Source of the DNA: an uncultured Clostridium sp.
GTDB lineage: Bacteria; Bacillota_I; Bacilli_A; RF39; UBA660
Direction: 5' to 3'
Assembly (NCBI GenBank): GCA_946414595.1
Contig: CAMKPE010000004.1
Location: 28,277 to 92,276 of the forward strand
DNA: 64,000 nucleotides
The first letter of the stretch is position 1. Every line of letters begins with the position of its first letter. Under the pieces are notes generated by a model. The model searched no databases and had not been told where the DNA came from. It saw nothing but the letters and a program-made list of their open reading frames with translations. Below, one piece after another: positions 9,367 to 20,313 of this stretch. A program made the position numbers and the translations under genes.

Positions 9367-10434
9367 ATGTTGACATTAATATATTTTATACTAGTTTTAG
9401 GTTTAATTGTTTTAGTACATGAATTTGGACATTTTATATTTGCTAAAATGTTTGGAGTTTATGTTTATGAATTCTCAATTGGTATGGGTCCTAAGATATT
9501 TGGAACTAAACCAAAGAAAGGTAAAACAGCATATAACATTAGAGCACTTCCCATAGGTGGATTTGTTCAACTTGCTGGAGAGGATGCAACTGAAGAAGAT
9601 AAAGATGTTCCTAAAGGAGCTCATTTATATGAGAAACCTATATGGCAAAGATTCTTAATAATGTTCTTTGGTGCAGGAAATAACTTTATACTTGCATTCT
9701 TACTTTTATTCTTTATAGGAGTATTCCATGGAGCACCATCAATGGACCCGATTATTACAAATCTTGATGAAAGTGGTGCTATGTATGCTTCTGGATTACA
9801 AGTTGGAGATGAGATTTTATCTATTAATGGTAATTCTATTTCAACAAGTGATGATGTTAAAGTTTATTTAACTTTAGAAAGTATCGAAGAAGAAGCTAAA
9901 GAAACTACTATTGTAGTTAAAAGAAATGATGAAAAATTAACTTATAAAGTTACTCCTATAAAAGAGTATGATAAAGAAGCAAAGAAGGATACTTATAAAT
10001 TTGGTATTATATTTGATAATGAAGAGTTAGAACATGGCTTTATATCTTCAATTAGGTATGCTAAAAACAAATTTGGTGCATTTACAAAGCAAATGATTGT
10101 AACATTTAAATATTTATTTGCAGGTAAACTTGGCTTGAAAGATATGTCAGGACCTGTTGGTATTTATTCAATAGTAGGGGATGCTGCTAAAGAAGATACA
10201 CTTTTAAACTTAACTAGTTTAACTGCACTTTTATGTATCAATGTTGGTTTCTTAAACCTTATACCATTCCCAGCATTCGATGGAGGAAGAATACTTTTCT
10301 TACTTATTGAAAAGATCAAAGGAAAACCAATTAATCCAAAAGTTGAGACAGCAGTTAATACAGTTGGATTTATCTTGCTGATGATACTTGTTCTAGTAGT
10401 AACGGTAAGTGATATAGGAAAACTAATGAAATAG
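9367..10434 (+). CDS. rseP: RIP metalloprotease with PDZ domain
   Basis: HEFGH, PIGGFV and NLIPFPAFDGG motifs. Confidence 0.95.
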   Translation: MLTLIYFILVLGLIVLVHEFGHFIFAKMFGVYVYEFSIGMGPKIFGTKPKKGKTAYNIRALPIGGFVQLAGEDATEEDKDVPKGAHLYEKPIWQRFLIMFFGAGNNFILAFLLLFFIGVFHGAPSMDPIITNLDESGAMYASGLQVGDEILSINGNSISTSDDVKVYLTLESIEEEAKETTIVVKRNDEKLTYKVTPIKEYDKEAKKDTYKFGIIFDNEELEHGFISSIRYAKNKFGAFTKQMIVTFKYLFAGKLGLKDMSGPVGIYSIVGDAAKEDTLLNLTSLTALLCINVGFLNLIPFPAFDGGRILFLLIEKIKGKPINPKVETAVNTVGFILLMILVLVVTVSDIGKLMK

Positions 10435-10512
10435 TGAGGTAGCTCACTTTTTTCTTTGTAAAAACCTTATATTTATAGTATAATTTTAGTTAGTGTATAG
10501 AAGGTGTTTAAT

Positions 10513-13461
10513 ATGTATCTTAAAGAAATTACATGTAATGGCTTCAAATCATTTGCTGATAAGATAACATTTAACCTTGATGGTAAAATAACTGCTATTG
10601 TTGGACCTAATGGTAGTGGTAAAAGTAATGTTGTCGATGCAGTAAGATGGGTTTTAGGAGAACAAAGTGTTAAATCACTTCGTGGTAATCAGTCAATGAC
10701 TGATATTATTTTCTCTGGAAGTAAAACAAGAAACCCATTAAATGTTGCAAGCGTTTCTTTAACTTTTGACAATAGTGATAATTATTTACCTGTTCCATAC
10801 AATGAAGTATCTATAAAACGAAGAGTTTATAGAAGTGGAGAAAGTGAATATTATTTAAATGGGGAAAAGTGTAGACTTAAAGATATAACAGATTTATTAG
10901 TTGATAGTGCAACAAGTCGTGAATCATTTAACATAATATCTCAAGGTGAAATATCTAAAATACTATCTAATTCTAGCAGTGATAGAAGATTAATCCTTGA
11001 AAATGCTGCTGGTGTTTTGAAGTACAAAAAAAGAAAAGAAGAAGCAATTAGAAAACTAGATAAAACTCAAAATAACATGGAAAGAGTATTAGATATTATT
11101 AATGAGTTAGATACACAGTTAGAACCTTTAAAAGAACAAAGTGAACAAGCAGAAAAGTATTTGGATGCTAAAGATCATTTAGATAATGTAGAAGTAGCAT
11201 TAATCGCTTCTGAAATAGATAGGATTAATTATGAAAATAATACTTCTAAGAAAAGAATAGAAGAAATAAATAACGAAATATTAAATCTTAATTTAAAAGG
11301 TACTAATAGTGATACTACTATTTCTAACGATAAAGTAGAACTATTAAAACTAGAAAAAGAAATTAAAGAAGCTAATAACAGCTTACTTGAACTAATTAGA
11401 AAAGAAGAAAAGTTAAATGGAGAAAAAGAGTTATTAAAAGAAAGAAGTAAATATGATGCTAATGACTCTAAAGTACATAATACTATTGCTACTTTAAAAG
11501 AAGATTTATTACAGACTGATAATAGTATTAAACTAATAGATAAAGATATTGAATTAATAAGTGTAGATATTAGTAATTTAAATGACAACATTAATAAAGA
11601 AACACTTAATCTTAATAATATAACTAGTAAAAAAGAACATGCTGTTGTAGATTTAAATAATAAGAAAAGAGAGTTATATGATGTATCTAATAAGATTAGT
11701 TCTCTTACTAATTATATTGAATCAAATTCAAGTATGCCTACACCTGTAAGAAGTGTTTTAAATAATCCAAGATTAAAAGGATTACATGGTACATTTGCAA
11801 GTGTATTAGAATGTGATAATGCTTATTTAAAGGCTCTAGAAGTAAGTATTATGTCTGTTAAAAACTTTATCATTGTAGATGAAGAAAAAGATGCTAAAAA
11901 AGCAATTGAATACTTAAAAGATAATAACTTAGGAAGAGCAACGTTCTTTCCTTTAAGCGTTATTAAACCTAAAGGTATTGAAAGTGATGCCATTGATCTT
12001 GTTAAGAAAGAAAAAGGCTATATTGGAATTCTTTCTGATTTAGTTAAGTATGATAAGAAGTATTACAATATTGTTGCTAATCAGTTAGGTAATGTTTTTG
12101 TAGCAGTAGATATAGATGCAGCAAATAAGATTAGTAACTTAGTTAATAGAAGATATAAAGTAGTAAGCTTAGATGGAGATGTAATCCATGTTGGAGGGTC
12201 AATCTCTGGAGGAAGTCTTACTGTAACAAAGAGTCTTGTTGGAGAAAAGAATGAGTTAGAATCTTTAACAAGAAGAAAAAAAGAATTAGATGAGTTAATT
12301 ACTTCTATAGAAGAAAGTATATCTTCTTATGAAGAAGAATTAACAGGCGTTAATTATAAAATTGGTGACTTGAAAAGCGAACTTATAATGTGTGAAGAAA
12401 CAATAAGTGCTAAGAAGTCATTAAAAGAAGAATTAGATAATAGAAAGAGTGATTTAGATAAAGAATTATCTACACTTGATAATGTTGTTGACTCTAATAT
12501 ATCTTCACAAGAAGAGAAGATAATGAAAGAGTATTATGAAGTATCACTTGAGAAAGATAACTTATCTAAAGAAATAAGATTTAAAGAAAAAGAAAAAGAT
12601 AAACTATCTAGTAAGATATTAGAAGAAGAAGCTTCTAATAGACTTAATAATTCAAGTATTAATAAACTTGAAAAAGAATTAAAAGAATTAGAAATAGCTG
12701 TTTCTAAATATGAAGTAAAACTTGATAACTATTTAAATATATTAAGTGAAGATTATTCATTAACTTATGAGAAAGCAAAGAGCAATTATGTTTTAGAAAT
12801 AAGTGTTGATGAAGCAAGAAGTGAAGTACTTAAATATAGAAATATTATCAAGAATATTGGAATGGTTAATATACAAGCTATAGAAGATTACAAACGTGTT
12901 AGTGAGCGTTATAACTTCTTAACTAACCAAAGAAATGATTTAGTAAATGCTAAAGAAACATTACTTGAAATAATTAATGAAATGGATGAAGTAATGAAAG
13001 AAGAATTTGCTATTACTTATGAAAAAGTAAGAGTAGAATTTAAGAAAGTATTTAAAGAATTATTTGGTGGTGGAGAAGCTGATTTATTATTAACTGATGA
13101 AGATAATATATTAGAAACTGGAGTTGATATAGTTGCATCTCCTCCTGGTAAGAAGCTTAAAGCAATAACACTATTGTCTGGTGGAGAAATGACTTTAACT
13201 GCAATAAGTTTATTGTTTGCAATTCTAAATGTTAGAAGTGTTCCTTTCTGTATATTTGATGAAGTAGAAGCAGCACTTGATGAAGCAAATGTCGATAACT
13301 TTGGACATTACTTAGATCATTACAAAGATAAGACACAGTTCTTAATTATTACACATAAGAAAAAGACAATGGAATATGCTGATACTTTGTATGGAATAAC
13401 AATGCAAGAGTCTGGTGTTTCTAAACTTGTTTCAGTAAAACTTGCTAATATAGATAAATAA
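10513..13461 (+). CDS. smc: Chromosome segregation protein SMC, short-arm form (~982 aa)
   Basis: GPNGSGKSN, hinge GRATFFPL, LSGGE, DEVEAALD. Confidence 0.97.
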   Translation: MYLKEITCNGFKSFADKITFNLDGKITAIVGPNGSGKSNVVDAVRWVLGEQSVKSLRGNQSMTDIIFSGSKTRNPLNVASVSLTFDNSDNYLPVPYNEVSIKRRVYRSGESEYYLNGEKCRLKDITDLLVDSATSRESFNIISQGEISKILSNSSSDRRLILENAAGVLKYKKRKEEAIRKLDKTQNNMERVLDIINELDTQLEPLKEQSEQAEKYLDAKDHLDNVEVALIASEIDRINYENNTSKKRIEEINNEILNLNLKGTNSDTTISNDKVELLKLEKEIKEANNSLLELIRKEEKLNGEKELLKERSKYDANDSKVHNTIATLKEDLLQTDNSIKLIDKDIELISVDISNLNDNINKETLNLNNITSKKEHAVVDLNNKKRELYDVSNKISSLTNYIESNSSMPTPVRSVLNNPRLKGLHGTFASVLECDNAYLKALEVSIMSVKNFIIVDEEKDAKKAIEYLKDNNLGRATFFPLSVIKPKGIESDAIDLVKKEKGYIGILSDLVKYDKKYYNIVANQLGNVFVAVDIDAANKISNLVNRRYKVVSLDGDVIHVGGSISGGSLTVTKSLVGEKNELESLTRRKKELDELITSIEESISSYEEELTGVNYKIGDLKSELIMCEETISAKKSLKEELDNRKSDLDKELSTLDNVVDSNISSQEEKIMKEYYEVSLEKDNLSKEIRFKEKEKDKLSSKILEEEASNRLNNSSINKLEKELKELEIAVSKYEVKLDNYLNILSEDYSLTYEKAKSNYVLEISVDEARSEVLKYRNIIKNIGMVNIQAIEDYKRVSERYNFLTNQRNDLVNAKETLLEIINEMDEVMKEEFAITYEKVRVEFKKVFKELFGGGEADLLLTDEDNILETGVDIVASPPGKKLKAITLLSGGEMTLTAISLLFAILNVRSVPFCIFDEVEAALDEANVDNFGHYLDHYKDKTQFLIITHKKKTMEYADTLYGITMQESGVSKLVSVKLANIDK

Positions 13462-13562
13462 GAATTTACATTAATGAATGTAAATTTTTTATTTTATTAA
13501 TTATATTTATAGAATGTATAAATTTTATATTATAAAATTATAATATAGAGGAAGGGTGTTGT

Positions 13563-15569
13563 ATGATAGAAACAAAAAAGAGAAGTTCTAAATTATTAAG
13601 TATTATATTATTAGTAATTGGAATAATATTAATCGCAGGTGGTTCATTTTTATTAGTAACTAATAAAAGTGAGAAAAAAGAACATGAAAGAGTATTATTA
13701 AAAGATGATTTTTATGAAGCAATAAATGGAGAAAAGATTAATTCGGTGGCGATACCAACTGATTCTAATGCTTGGTCAACTTTTTATGATGCACAGGTAA
13801 TGGTTAATACTAAGAAACAAATGCTTATTCAAAGTGTTATGAATGATCCTAATTATGAAAATAAAGAGTTAAATGAATTGTTAGATATGTTTAACGATTA
13901 TGAAACAAGAAATAAATTAGGTGTTTCTGAGTTAAAACCATATTTTGATATGATTGATAACGCTAAGACTATAGAAGAATTTAACAATGCATTAATAACA
14001 GTTAGATACGATCTTGATGTAACTACTTTTGTTAACTTTGATGCAGCAGATGATATACGTAATTCAACTAAAAAAGTTTTAGTAATACAACCATCTAAAG
14101 TAGAAGATATGTATGAAGCATATACTTTAGATAAATTTAAAACATATAAACAAGCTTATATAAAATTTAGAAAAAGTGTATTAAAAGCATATGGATATGA
14201 TGATCAAAAGATTGAAGAAGTATCTAATAAAATAGATGATTTTGTAGCAAAAGTACAAGCTAATTCTACTAATATATCTTCAATAAATGATATTACTAAA
14301 TTATACAATTATTACACAATGGATGATATAAAAGCTAATATAAAGAATGTTCCAATTGTACAAATGTTAACTAAATTTAAAGTAGCAGATTTAGATGAAT
14401 ATGTTTTCTATGATATGAAACATTATATAGAATTAGATAAGTATTATACTGAAGAAAACTTAGATACATTAAAAGAAATTGCTAAACTTGGAATACTTGA
14501 ACAACAAGCATGTATATTTACAAGTGAAGATTTGTTAAGAGCATTCGCCGATTTATTAAATGATACTCAAGGAACACAATTAAGTTTTGATGATGTTAAA
14601 TACTATATAACAACTAAATTAAAAGAAAGTAATATCGAAAATGATTTAAATAAAAAATATGAAGAGAAATACTTTACTGAAGAACAAAAACGAGAAATAA
14701 GAGAAGTTATAGAAGAAATTAAAGAATATTACAAGACAATAATAAAAGATTGCGATTGGATGCAAGAAGAAACTAAAAAAGAAGCACTTAATAAACTTGA
14801 AAAGATGAAAGTAAATATTGGATACCAAGAAAAAGAAGAGGGTGTCGAATATGAATATAAAACAAGAGAAGAAGGAGGAACTTTACTTTCAAATTTAATT
14901 ACAGAATGTAGAGCTAATTCAGAAGAGTTCTATAATAAACTAGAAGATAGTGAAGCATCTCTTGAGTTTAAAAATTTACAAGTAAATGCATATTATAATT
15001 CAACTGATAACTCAATTAACTTCCCAGCAGCATTCTATGAGTTAGTAGGTGGAGAAGAAGATTTCTATGTTATGCTTGGTAAATGTGGATCTATTGTAGG
15101 TCACGAAATATCACATGCATTTGATAATACTGGATCTCAATTCGATGCTGATGGTAAATTAAGAGATTGGTGGACTGCAGAAGATAAAGCAAAATATAAT
15201 GAGTTAAAAGAAAAAGTAGTTGCATACTACAATAAATATGATGTTGAAGGAATTAAGGTTGATGGTGAAGAAACTTTAGGTGAAAACATCGCTGACCTTG
15301 CTGGATTAAAAGCAGCTGTTTATGTAGCAGAAAAACACAATGCAACTAATGATGATTATAAAAAACTATTTACTGCATATGCAGAATTATGGGCTACTAA
15401 GATAACTAAAGAAAACTTAGAAAAACAAGTAGCAGTTGATTCACATTCTCCAAATAAAGTAAGGGTAAATGCTGTTTTATCATCAACAGATAAGTTCTAT
15501 GAAGTATATGATATTACTGAAGAAGATAAGATGTATGTACCTAAAGAAGAAAGAGTAGGTTTGTGGTAA
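13563..15569 (+). CDS. Membrane-anchored M13 (neprilysin-like) metallopeptidase
   Basis: N-terminal TM segment; VNAYY, HEISHAFD, GENIAD and HSP motifs. Confidence 0.93.
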   Translation: MIETKKRSSKLLSIILLVIGIILIAGGSFLLVTNKSEKKEHERVLLKDDFYEAINGEKINSVAIPTDSNAWSTFYDAQVMVNTKKQMLIQSVMNDPNYENKELNELLDMFNDYETRNKLGVSELKPYFDMIDNAKTIEEFNNALITVRYDLDVTTFVNFDAADDIRNSTKKVLVIQPSKVEDMYEAYTLDKFKTYKQAYIKFRKSVLKAYGYDDQKIEEVSNKIDDFVAKVQANSTNISSINDITKLYNYYTMDDIKANIKNVPIVQMLTKFKVADLDEYVFYDMKHYIELDKYYTEENLDTLKEIAKLGILEQQACIFTSEDLLRAFADLLNDTQGTQLSFDDVKYYITTKLKESNIENDLNKKYEEKYFTEEQKREIREVIEEIKEYYKTIIKDCDWMQEETKKEALNKLEKMKVNIGYQEKEEGVEYEYKTREEGGTLLSNLITECRANSEEFYNKLEDSEASLEFKNLQVNAYYNSTDNSINFPAAFYELVGGEEDFYVMLGKCGSIVGHEISHAFDNTGSQFDADGKLRDWWTAEDKAKYNELKEKVVAYYNKYDVEGIKVDGEETLGENIADLAGLKAAVYVAEKHNATNDDYKKLFTAYAELWATKITKENLEKQVAVDSHSPNKVRVNAVLSSTDKFYEVYDITEEDKMYVPKEERVGLW

Positions 15570-15685
15570 ATTGACTGATTCAATCACAGTAAATTAAACA
15601 ACCTCAGAAAAGAAAAATGCTAAAAAAAGAAAGTAAGAAGTGAAATACTTCTTTTTTCTTGTTATAATATTATTGGTGATTAAAA

Positions 15686-16249
15686 ATGTATAATTATATA
15701 ATTGGAAAAGTAGTTGATAGAACAGGTAGTTACATAGTAGTTGAAAATAGTGGTATTGGGTATACAATTTATACTCCAAATCCATATGCTTTTCAAGATG
15801 AAAACAAAGACTATAAAGTATATTTATATCAACAAATAAAAGAAGATGAACATTTGCTTTTTGGATTTAAAACTCAGGAAGAAAAAGATTTGTTTTTGAA
15901 ACTAATTTCTGTTAAAGGTATGGGACCTAAAATGGCTTTACCTATACTTGCAACTGGAAGTGTAGCAGGTGTTATTGATGCTATTGAAAGAGAAAACTTA
16001 CTATATCTTAAGAAGTTTCCAAAGATTGGTGAGAAGGTTGCTAAACAAATGATACTTGATTTAAAAGGTAAACTTGGTGAAGTAAGTTCTTTAGATTTAC
16101 CTGATACAAATAACTATGATGAATTAATAGAAGTATTAAAAGGTCTTGGTTATAAAGATAAAGAATTTAAAAGTATTCTTCCACAAGTTGATAATTCATT
16201 ATCAATAGAAGATCAAGTAAAAGAAGCATTAAAGTTATTATTAAAATAG
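15686..16249 (+). CDS. ruvA: Holliday junction branch migration protein A
   Basis: LFGF, LISVKGMGPKMAL and PKIGEKVA motifs. Confidence 0.97.
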   Translation: MYNYIIGKVVDRTGSYIVVENSGIGYTIYTPNPYAFQDENKDYKVYLYQQIKEDEHLLFGFKTQEEKDLFLKLISVKGMGPKMALPILATGSVAGVIDAIERENLLYLKKFPKIGEKVAKQMILDLKGKLGEVSSLDLPDTNNYDELIEVLKGLGYKDKEFKSILPQVDNSLSIEDQVKEALKLLLK

Positions 16250-16260
16250 AGGTAGACTAT

Positions 16261-16524
16261 ATGGATAAAGAAGAAAAAAAGAGATTAATTAAAGAATTTA
16301 AAGCAACAGAGTTCGGTAAAAAAGCATATAGAAATTATATTATTGCTGCAGTATTCTTTTTTGCAGCACTTATAGCAGAAGCAATTATGTTTTTCTGTGA
16401 TATTGATATAAAGGATTTTCATTCAGTAGAACTAATGGTATTTGTAATAACTTGTTATTATGAAGGATATTATTGTGGTGCCCAAAGTTTATATGTTAAA
16501 CAGCATTCGAAAGAATTAAAATAG
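16261..16524 (+). CDS. Small two-TM hypothetical protein between ruvA and ruvB
   Basis: GAGG RBS and two hydrophobic segments. Confidence 0.7.
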   Translation: MDKEEKKRLIKEFKATEFGKKAYRNYIIAAVFFFAALIAEAIMFFCDIDIKDFHSVELMVFVITCYYEGYYCGAQSLYVKQHSKELK

Positions 16525-16580
16525 TTTTTATGTTTGGTAAATAGAACTTATGTATTATAATAATAATAGGAAGTGATAAT

Positions 16581-17594
16581 ATGAGTAAGAATGAGATATT
16601 TAAAGATGAAGAAACAGCTGAAGATCTTTCTTTAGATAACATTAGACCAGAGACACTTGATGAATATATTGGTCAAAAAGATGTTAAAGAAAACATTAGA
16701 GTATTCATTGAATCTGCAAAATTAAGAAAAGAAAGTTTGGATCATGTTTTATTATATGGACCTCCAGGACTAGGTAAAACTACACTTGCTTATATTATTG
16801 CAAATGAATTAGGTAGCAATATTAGAATGGCTTCTGGTCCGTCAATTGAGAAAACAGGTGATTTGGCTGCGATATTATCTTCACTTGAACCAGGAGATGT
16901 ATTGTTTATTGATGAAATACATAGAATACCTTCATTTGTTGAAGAAGTATTATACTCTGCTATGGAAGATTTTGTATTGGATATAATTGTTGGAAGTGAA
17001 GGTAATTCGAAAAATATTAGAATTAATCTTCCACCATTTACTTTAGTTGGTGCTACTACACGTGCTGGAGATTTAACAGCACCTTTACGTGATAGATTTG
17101 GAATAACTGCTAAGATGCAATATTATGATACTGATGAGTTAATGGAAATAGTAAAAAGAACATCTAGAGTTTTAGAAAGCCCAATTAACGATGAAGCAGC
17201 AAGAGAGTTAGCATCTCGTAGTCGTGGAACACCAAGAATTGCTAATCGTATTTTTAAACGTGTTAGAGACTTTGCTATAGTAGATGGAAAAGAAGAAATA
17301 GATCTTGAAGTTACTAAGAAAGCATTAGATAGATTAAAAGTAGATAATATTGGTCTTGATGATACCGATCATCAATTACTTAAAGCTATTGTTGAGAAAT
17401 TTAATGGTGGGCCAGTAGGAGTTGAAGCAATAGCAAGTGTAATTGGAGAAGAAGTAACAACTATAGAAGATGTATATGAACCATATTTGTTACAAAAAGG
17501 TTTGCTAAAACGTACACCTCGTGGTAGAGTAGTTACTGATTTAGGTTACAAACATCTAAATCTAAATTTTCAAAATAGTTTATTTGATGAATAA
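16581..17594 (+). CDS. ruvB: Holliday junction helicase
   Basis: [16 protein letters not shown] and GATTRAG motifs. Confidence 0.98.
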   Translation: MSKNEIFKDEETAEDLSLDNIRPETLDEYIGQKDVKENIRVFIESAKLRKESLDHVLLYGPPGLGKTTLAYIIANELGSNIRMASGPSIEKTGDLAAILSSLEPGDVLFIDEIHRIPSFVEEVLYSAMEDFVLDIIVGSEGNSKNIRINLPPFTLVGATTRAGDLTAPLRDRFGITAKMQYYDTDELMEIVKRTSRVLESPINDEAARELASRSRGTPRIANRIFKRVRDFAIVDGKEEIDLEVTKKALDRLKVDNIGLDDTDHQLLKAIVEKFNGGPVGVEAIASVIGEEVTTIEDVYEPYLLQKGLLKRTPRGRVVTDLGYKHLNLNFQNSLFDE

Positions 17595-17612
17595 CAAAAG
17601 AAGGAGGTATTT

Positions 17613-18644
17613 ATGAAATTAGACGATTTTGATTATTATCTTCCAGAAGAATTAATTGCACAGGTACCTCTTGCTGATAGAGCAGCTTCTAAAATGCTAG
17701 TATTAAATAAAAATGATGGAAGTATTGAACATAAGCATTTTAGAGAGATGGTTAATTATTTTAATAAAGGTGATACTTTAGTTCTTAATGATACTAAAGT
17801 AATCCCTGCTAGGCTTATTGGAGAAAAAACTGATACTAAAGCAGTTATAGAAGTATTGCTTTTAAAAAATATTGAAGGTAATATTTGGGAAAGTTTATGT
17901 AAGCCTGCTAAAAGAGTTAAAGTGGGTACTATCGTGTCTTTTGGTGATGGGTCATTAAAAGCTAAATGTACTGAAATAGGAGAAGAGGGAATAAGAAGGT
18001 TTGAACTTATCTATAATGGTGTATTATATGAAATACTTGATAAGTTAGGAACTATGCCACTTCCACCATATATTCATGAGAAATTAAATGATCAAAATAG
18101 ATATCAAACAGTTTATGCTAAAAACGAAGGAAGTGCAGCTGCACCAACAGCAGGACTTCACTTTACTAAAGAATTGTTAAAAGAATTAGAAGAAAAGGGC
18201 GTAAATGTTGTTTATCTTACTCTACATGTTGGTCTTGGTACATTTAGACCAGTAAATGTAGAAAATATCTTAGAACATCATATGCACAGTGAATATTATG
18301 AAATAAGTCAAAATACATGTGATGTTATTAATAAGACTAAAGAAAATGGTAATAGGCTAGTTGTCGTTGGTACAACATCAGTAAGAGTTCTTGAAACTGT
18401 TGCAACTAAATATGGATATTTAAAAGAAGATTCTGGATGGACAGATATATTTATTTATCCAGGATATCAATTTAAAGTAGTTAATAATTTAATAACTAAT
18501 TTTCATTTGCCTAAATCTACTTTAGTAATGTTAGTAAGTGCGCTTGCTGGAAGAGAAAATATTCTAAGTGCGTATAATGAAGCAATAAAAAATGAATATA
18601 GATTTTTCTCTTTTGGAGATTCTATGTTTATTATAGATAAATAA
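17613..18644 (+). CDS. queA: SAM:tRNA ribosyltransferase-isomerase
   Basis: [15 protein letters not shown] and TNFHLPKS motifs. Confidence 0.98.
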   Translation: MKLDDFDYYLPEELIAQVPLADRAASKMLVLNKNDGSIEHKHFREMVNYFNKGDTLVLNDTKVIPARLIGEKTDTKAVIEVLLLKNIEGNIWESLCKPAKRVKVGTIVSFGDGSLKAKCTEIGEEGIRRFELIYNGVLYEILDKLGTMPLPPYIHEKLNDQNRYQTVYAKNEGSAAAPTAGLHFTKELLKELEEKGVNVVYLTLHVGLGTFRPVNVENILEHHMHSEYYEISQNTCDVINKTKENGNRLVVVGTTSVRVLETVATKYGYLKEDSGWTDIFIYPGYQFKVVNNLITNFHLPKSTLVMLVSALAGRENILSAYNEAIKNEYRFFSFGDSMFIIDK

Positions 18645-18679
18645 TTTTGTAAAAAGTAAATAATAAAAGGAGGATTTAT

Positions 18680-19027
18680 ATGGCTTTTTGTTCAAAATGT
18701 GGAAAAGAACTAGAACCAAATGCGTTGTTTTGTTCTGGGTGTGGTACTGGGGTTAATGGTGAAGCTAATCAATACGTTGATAGTTTTGATCCAATGACTG
18801 GTTTTTTAAATTTCCAGACAGGTAATACAATGGCATCATGGGGATTTTTATTTGCTTTCTTGGTTCCTGTTTTGGGAATTGTATTCTCAAGTATAGGACT
18901 TACAAGAGCAAAAGAATTTAATGATCAAGGTAAATCAATAAGTATTGCTGGAATTATAATTGGATCAGTTCTTACATTGATTTATATTATTTTGTCAATT
19001 GTATTCTTAGTAAATTCATTAAAATAA
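18680..19027 (+). CDS. Zinc-ribbon plus two-TM (DUF4190-like) membrane protein
   Basis: FCSKCG...FCSGCG followed by two TM helices. Confidence 0.8.
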   Translation: MAFCSKCGKELEPNALFCSGCGTGVNGEANQYVDSFDPMTGFLNFQTGNTMASWGFLFAFLVPVLGIVFSSIGLTRAKEFNDQGKSISIAGIIIGSVLTLIYIILSIVFLVNSLK

Positions 19028-19056
19028 AAAATAGATACTTTGGTATCTTTTTTTTG

Positions 19057-19085
19057 TAATTTATTATTTTAGACAAGCATATAGT
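19057..19085 (+). promoter_or_regulatory. Putative sigmaE-type sporulation promoter
   Basis: TAATTT-N15-CATATAGT fits the cATAcanT -10 consensus. No clear sigmaA -10 nearby. Confidence 0.45.
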
Positions 19086-19099
19086 TAACTGGTGATGAT

Positions 19100-20263
19100 A
19101 TGAAAAAATATATGGTTGTCTTTTTTATTGTAATTCTTTTTGGAACTCTTATTCTTCTACCTAAAAAAGGAAATGAAGAAAAAGAGTTTAGAGGAGTTTA
19201 TTTCTCTTATATTGAATTTAGTAAATATATTCAAGGCAAGAATGAAGAAGAAAGTAAAAAGAATATTACTCTTGTTTTAGATAATTTAAAATCTAATGGT
19301 TTTAATAATATTATTGTTCATGTAAGACCTTTTTCTGATTCTATTTATAAGTCTAGATATTATCCAATAAGTGATTGTGTTTTAGATGATAATTATGAAT
19401 ATCCTGATTACGATGTTCTAGATTACTTTATAGAGGAAGCTCATAAAAGAAATATAAAATTTCATGCTTGGATAAATCCTTATCGAATAAGCAACTTAAC
19501 TGATGTTTCAAAGTTATCAATCGACAGTTTATACTACTATTTTGTAAATAAGGGAGATGCTAAAATAACTCCTAAGGGAATATATTTAAATCCAGCAAGT
19601 AAAGAAGTATTGGAATACATTCTACTTGGAATAAAGGAATTAATAAATAACTATGATGTTGATGGAATACACTTTGATGATTATTTCTATCCTGATAAAG
19701 ATATTGATTTAACAAGTTATGAGAAATATAAACTTGATGGAGGAAGTTTAGATATAAAAGAATTTAGATACAATAATATAATTAATTTATTAAAGGAAAC
19801 TTATAAAACAATTAAAGATTATGATAAAGATATTTTATTTGGAATAGCACCAGAAGGGAATATTGATAACTGCTTGGAAGATAGTTATCTAGATTTAAAT
19901 AAAATATTAAGTGATAGTTATTTAGATTATATAATGCCTCAAATATATTTTGGTTTTTCTAATGAAACAAGACCATTTATAGATACTTTAAATGATTGGG
20001 ATTTATTAATTAAGAATGATAGTATTAAATTAATTCCAGCACTTGCATTCTATAAAGTTGGATCATTTGATAAGTATGCTTTATCTGGTAATAATGAATG
20101 GATTAATAACTATGATATTATTTCTAAAGAAGTAGAAAGTGCAAGAAGTGCTCTTCATTATAAGGGATTTTCACTATTTAGTTATAACTATATGTTTAAT
20201 AAAGATTATAGAAATGATCATACTGAAATAGAGTTTAATAATTTAGTTAAAGTTTTAGATTAA
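19100..20263 (+). CDS. Secreted GHL10-family glycoside hydrolase (YngK-like)
   Basis: HAWINPYR, DGIHFDDYFYP and DYIMPQIY motifs; N-terminal signal/anchor. Confidence 0.9.
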   Translation: MKKYMVVFFIVILFGTLILLPKKGNEEKEFRGVYFSYIEFSKYIQGKNEEESKKNITLVLDNLKSNGFNNIIVHVRPFSDSIYKSRYYPISDCVLDDNYEYPDYDVLDYFIEEAHKRNIKFHAWINPYRISNLTDVSKLSIDSLYYYFVNKGDAKITPKGIYLNPASKEVLEYILLGIKELINNYDVDGIHFDDYFYPDKDIDLTSYEKYKLDGGSLDIKEFRYNNIINLLKETYKTIKDYDKDILFGIAPEGNIDNCLEDSYLDLNKILSDSYLDYIMPQIYFGFSNETRPFIDTLNDWDLLIKNDSIKLIPALAFYKVGSFDKYALSGNNEWINNYDIISKEVESARSALHYKGFSLFSYNYMFNKDYRNDHTEIEFNNLVKVLD

Positions 20264-20313
20264 GAATGTTTATACATTCTTTTTCTTATGATAAAATATT
20301 GTTGGTGATATAT

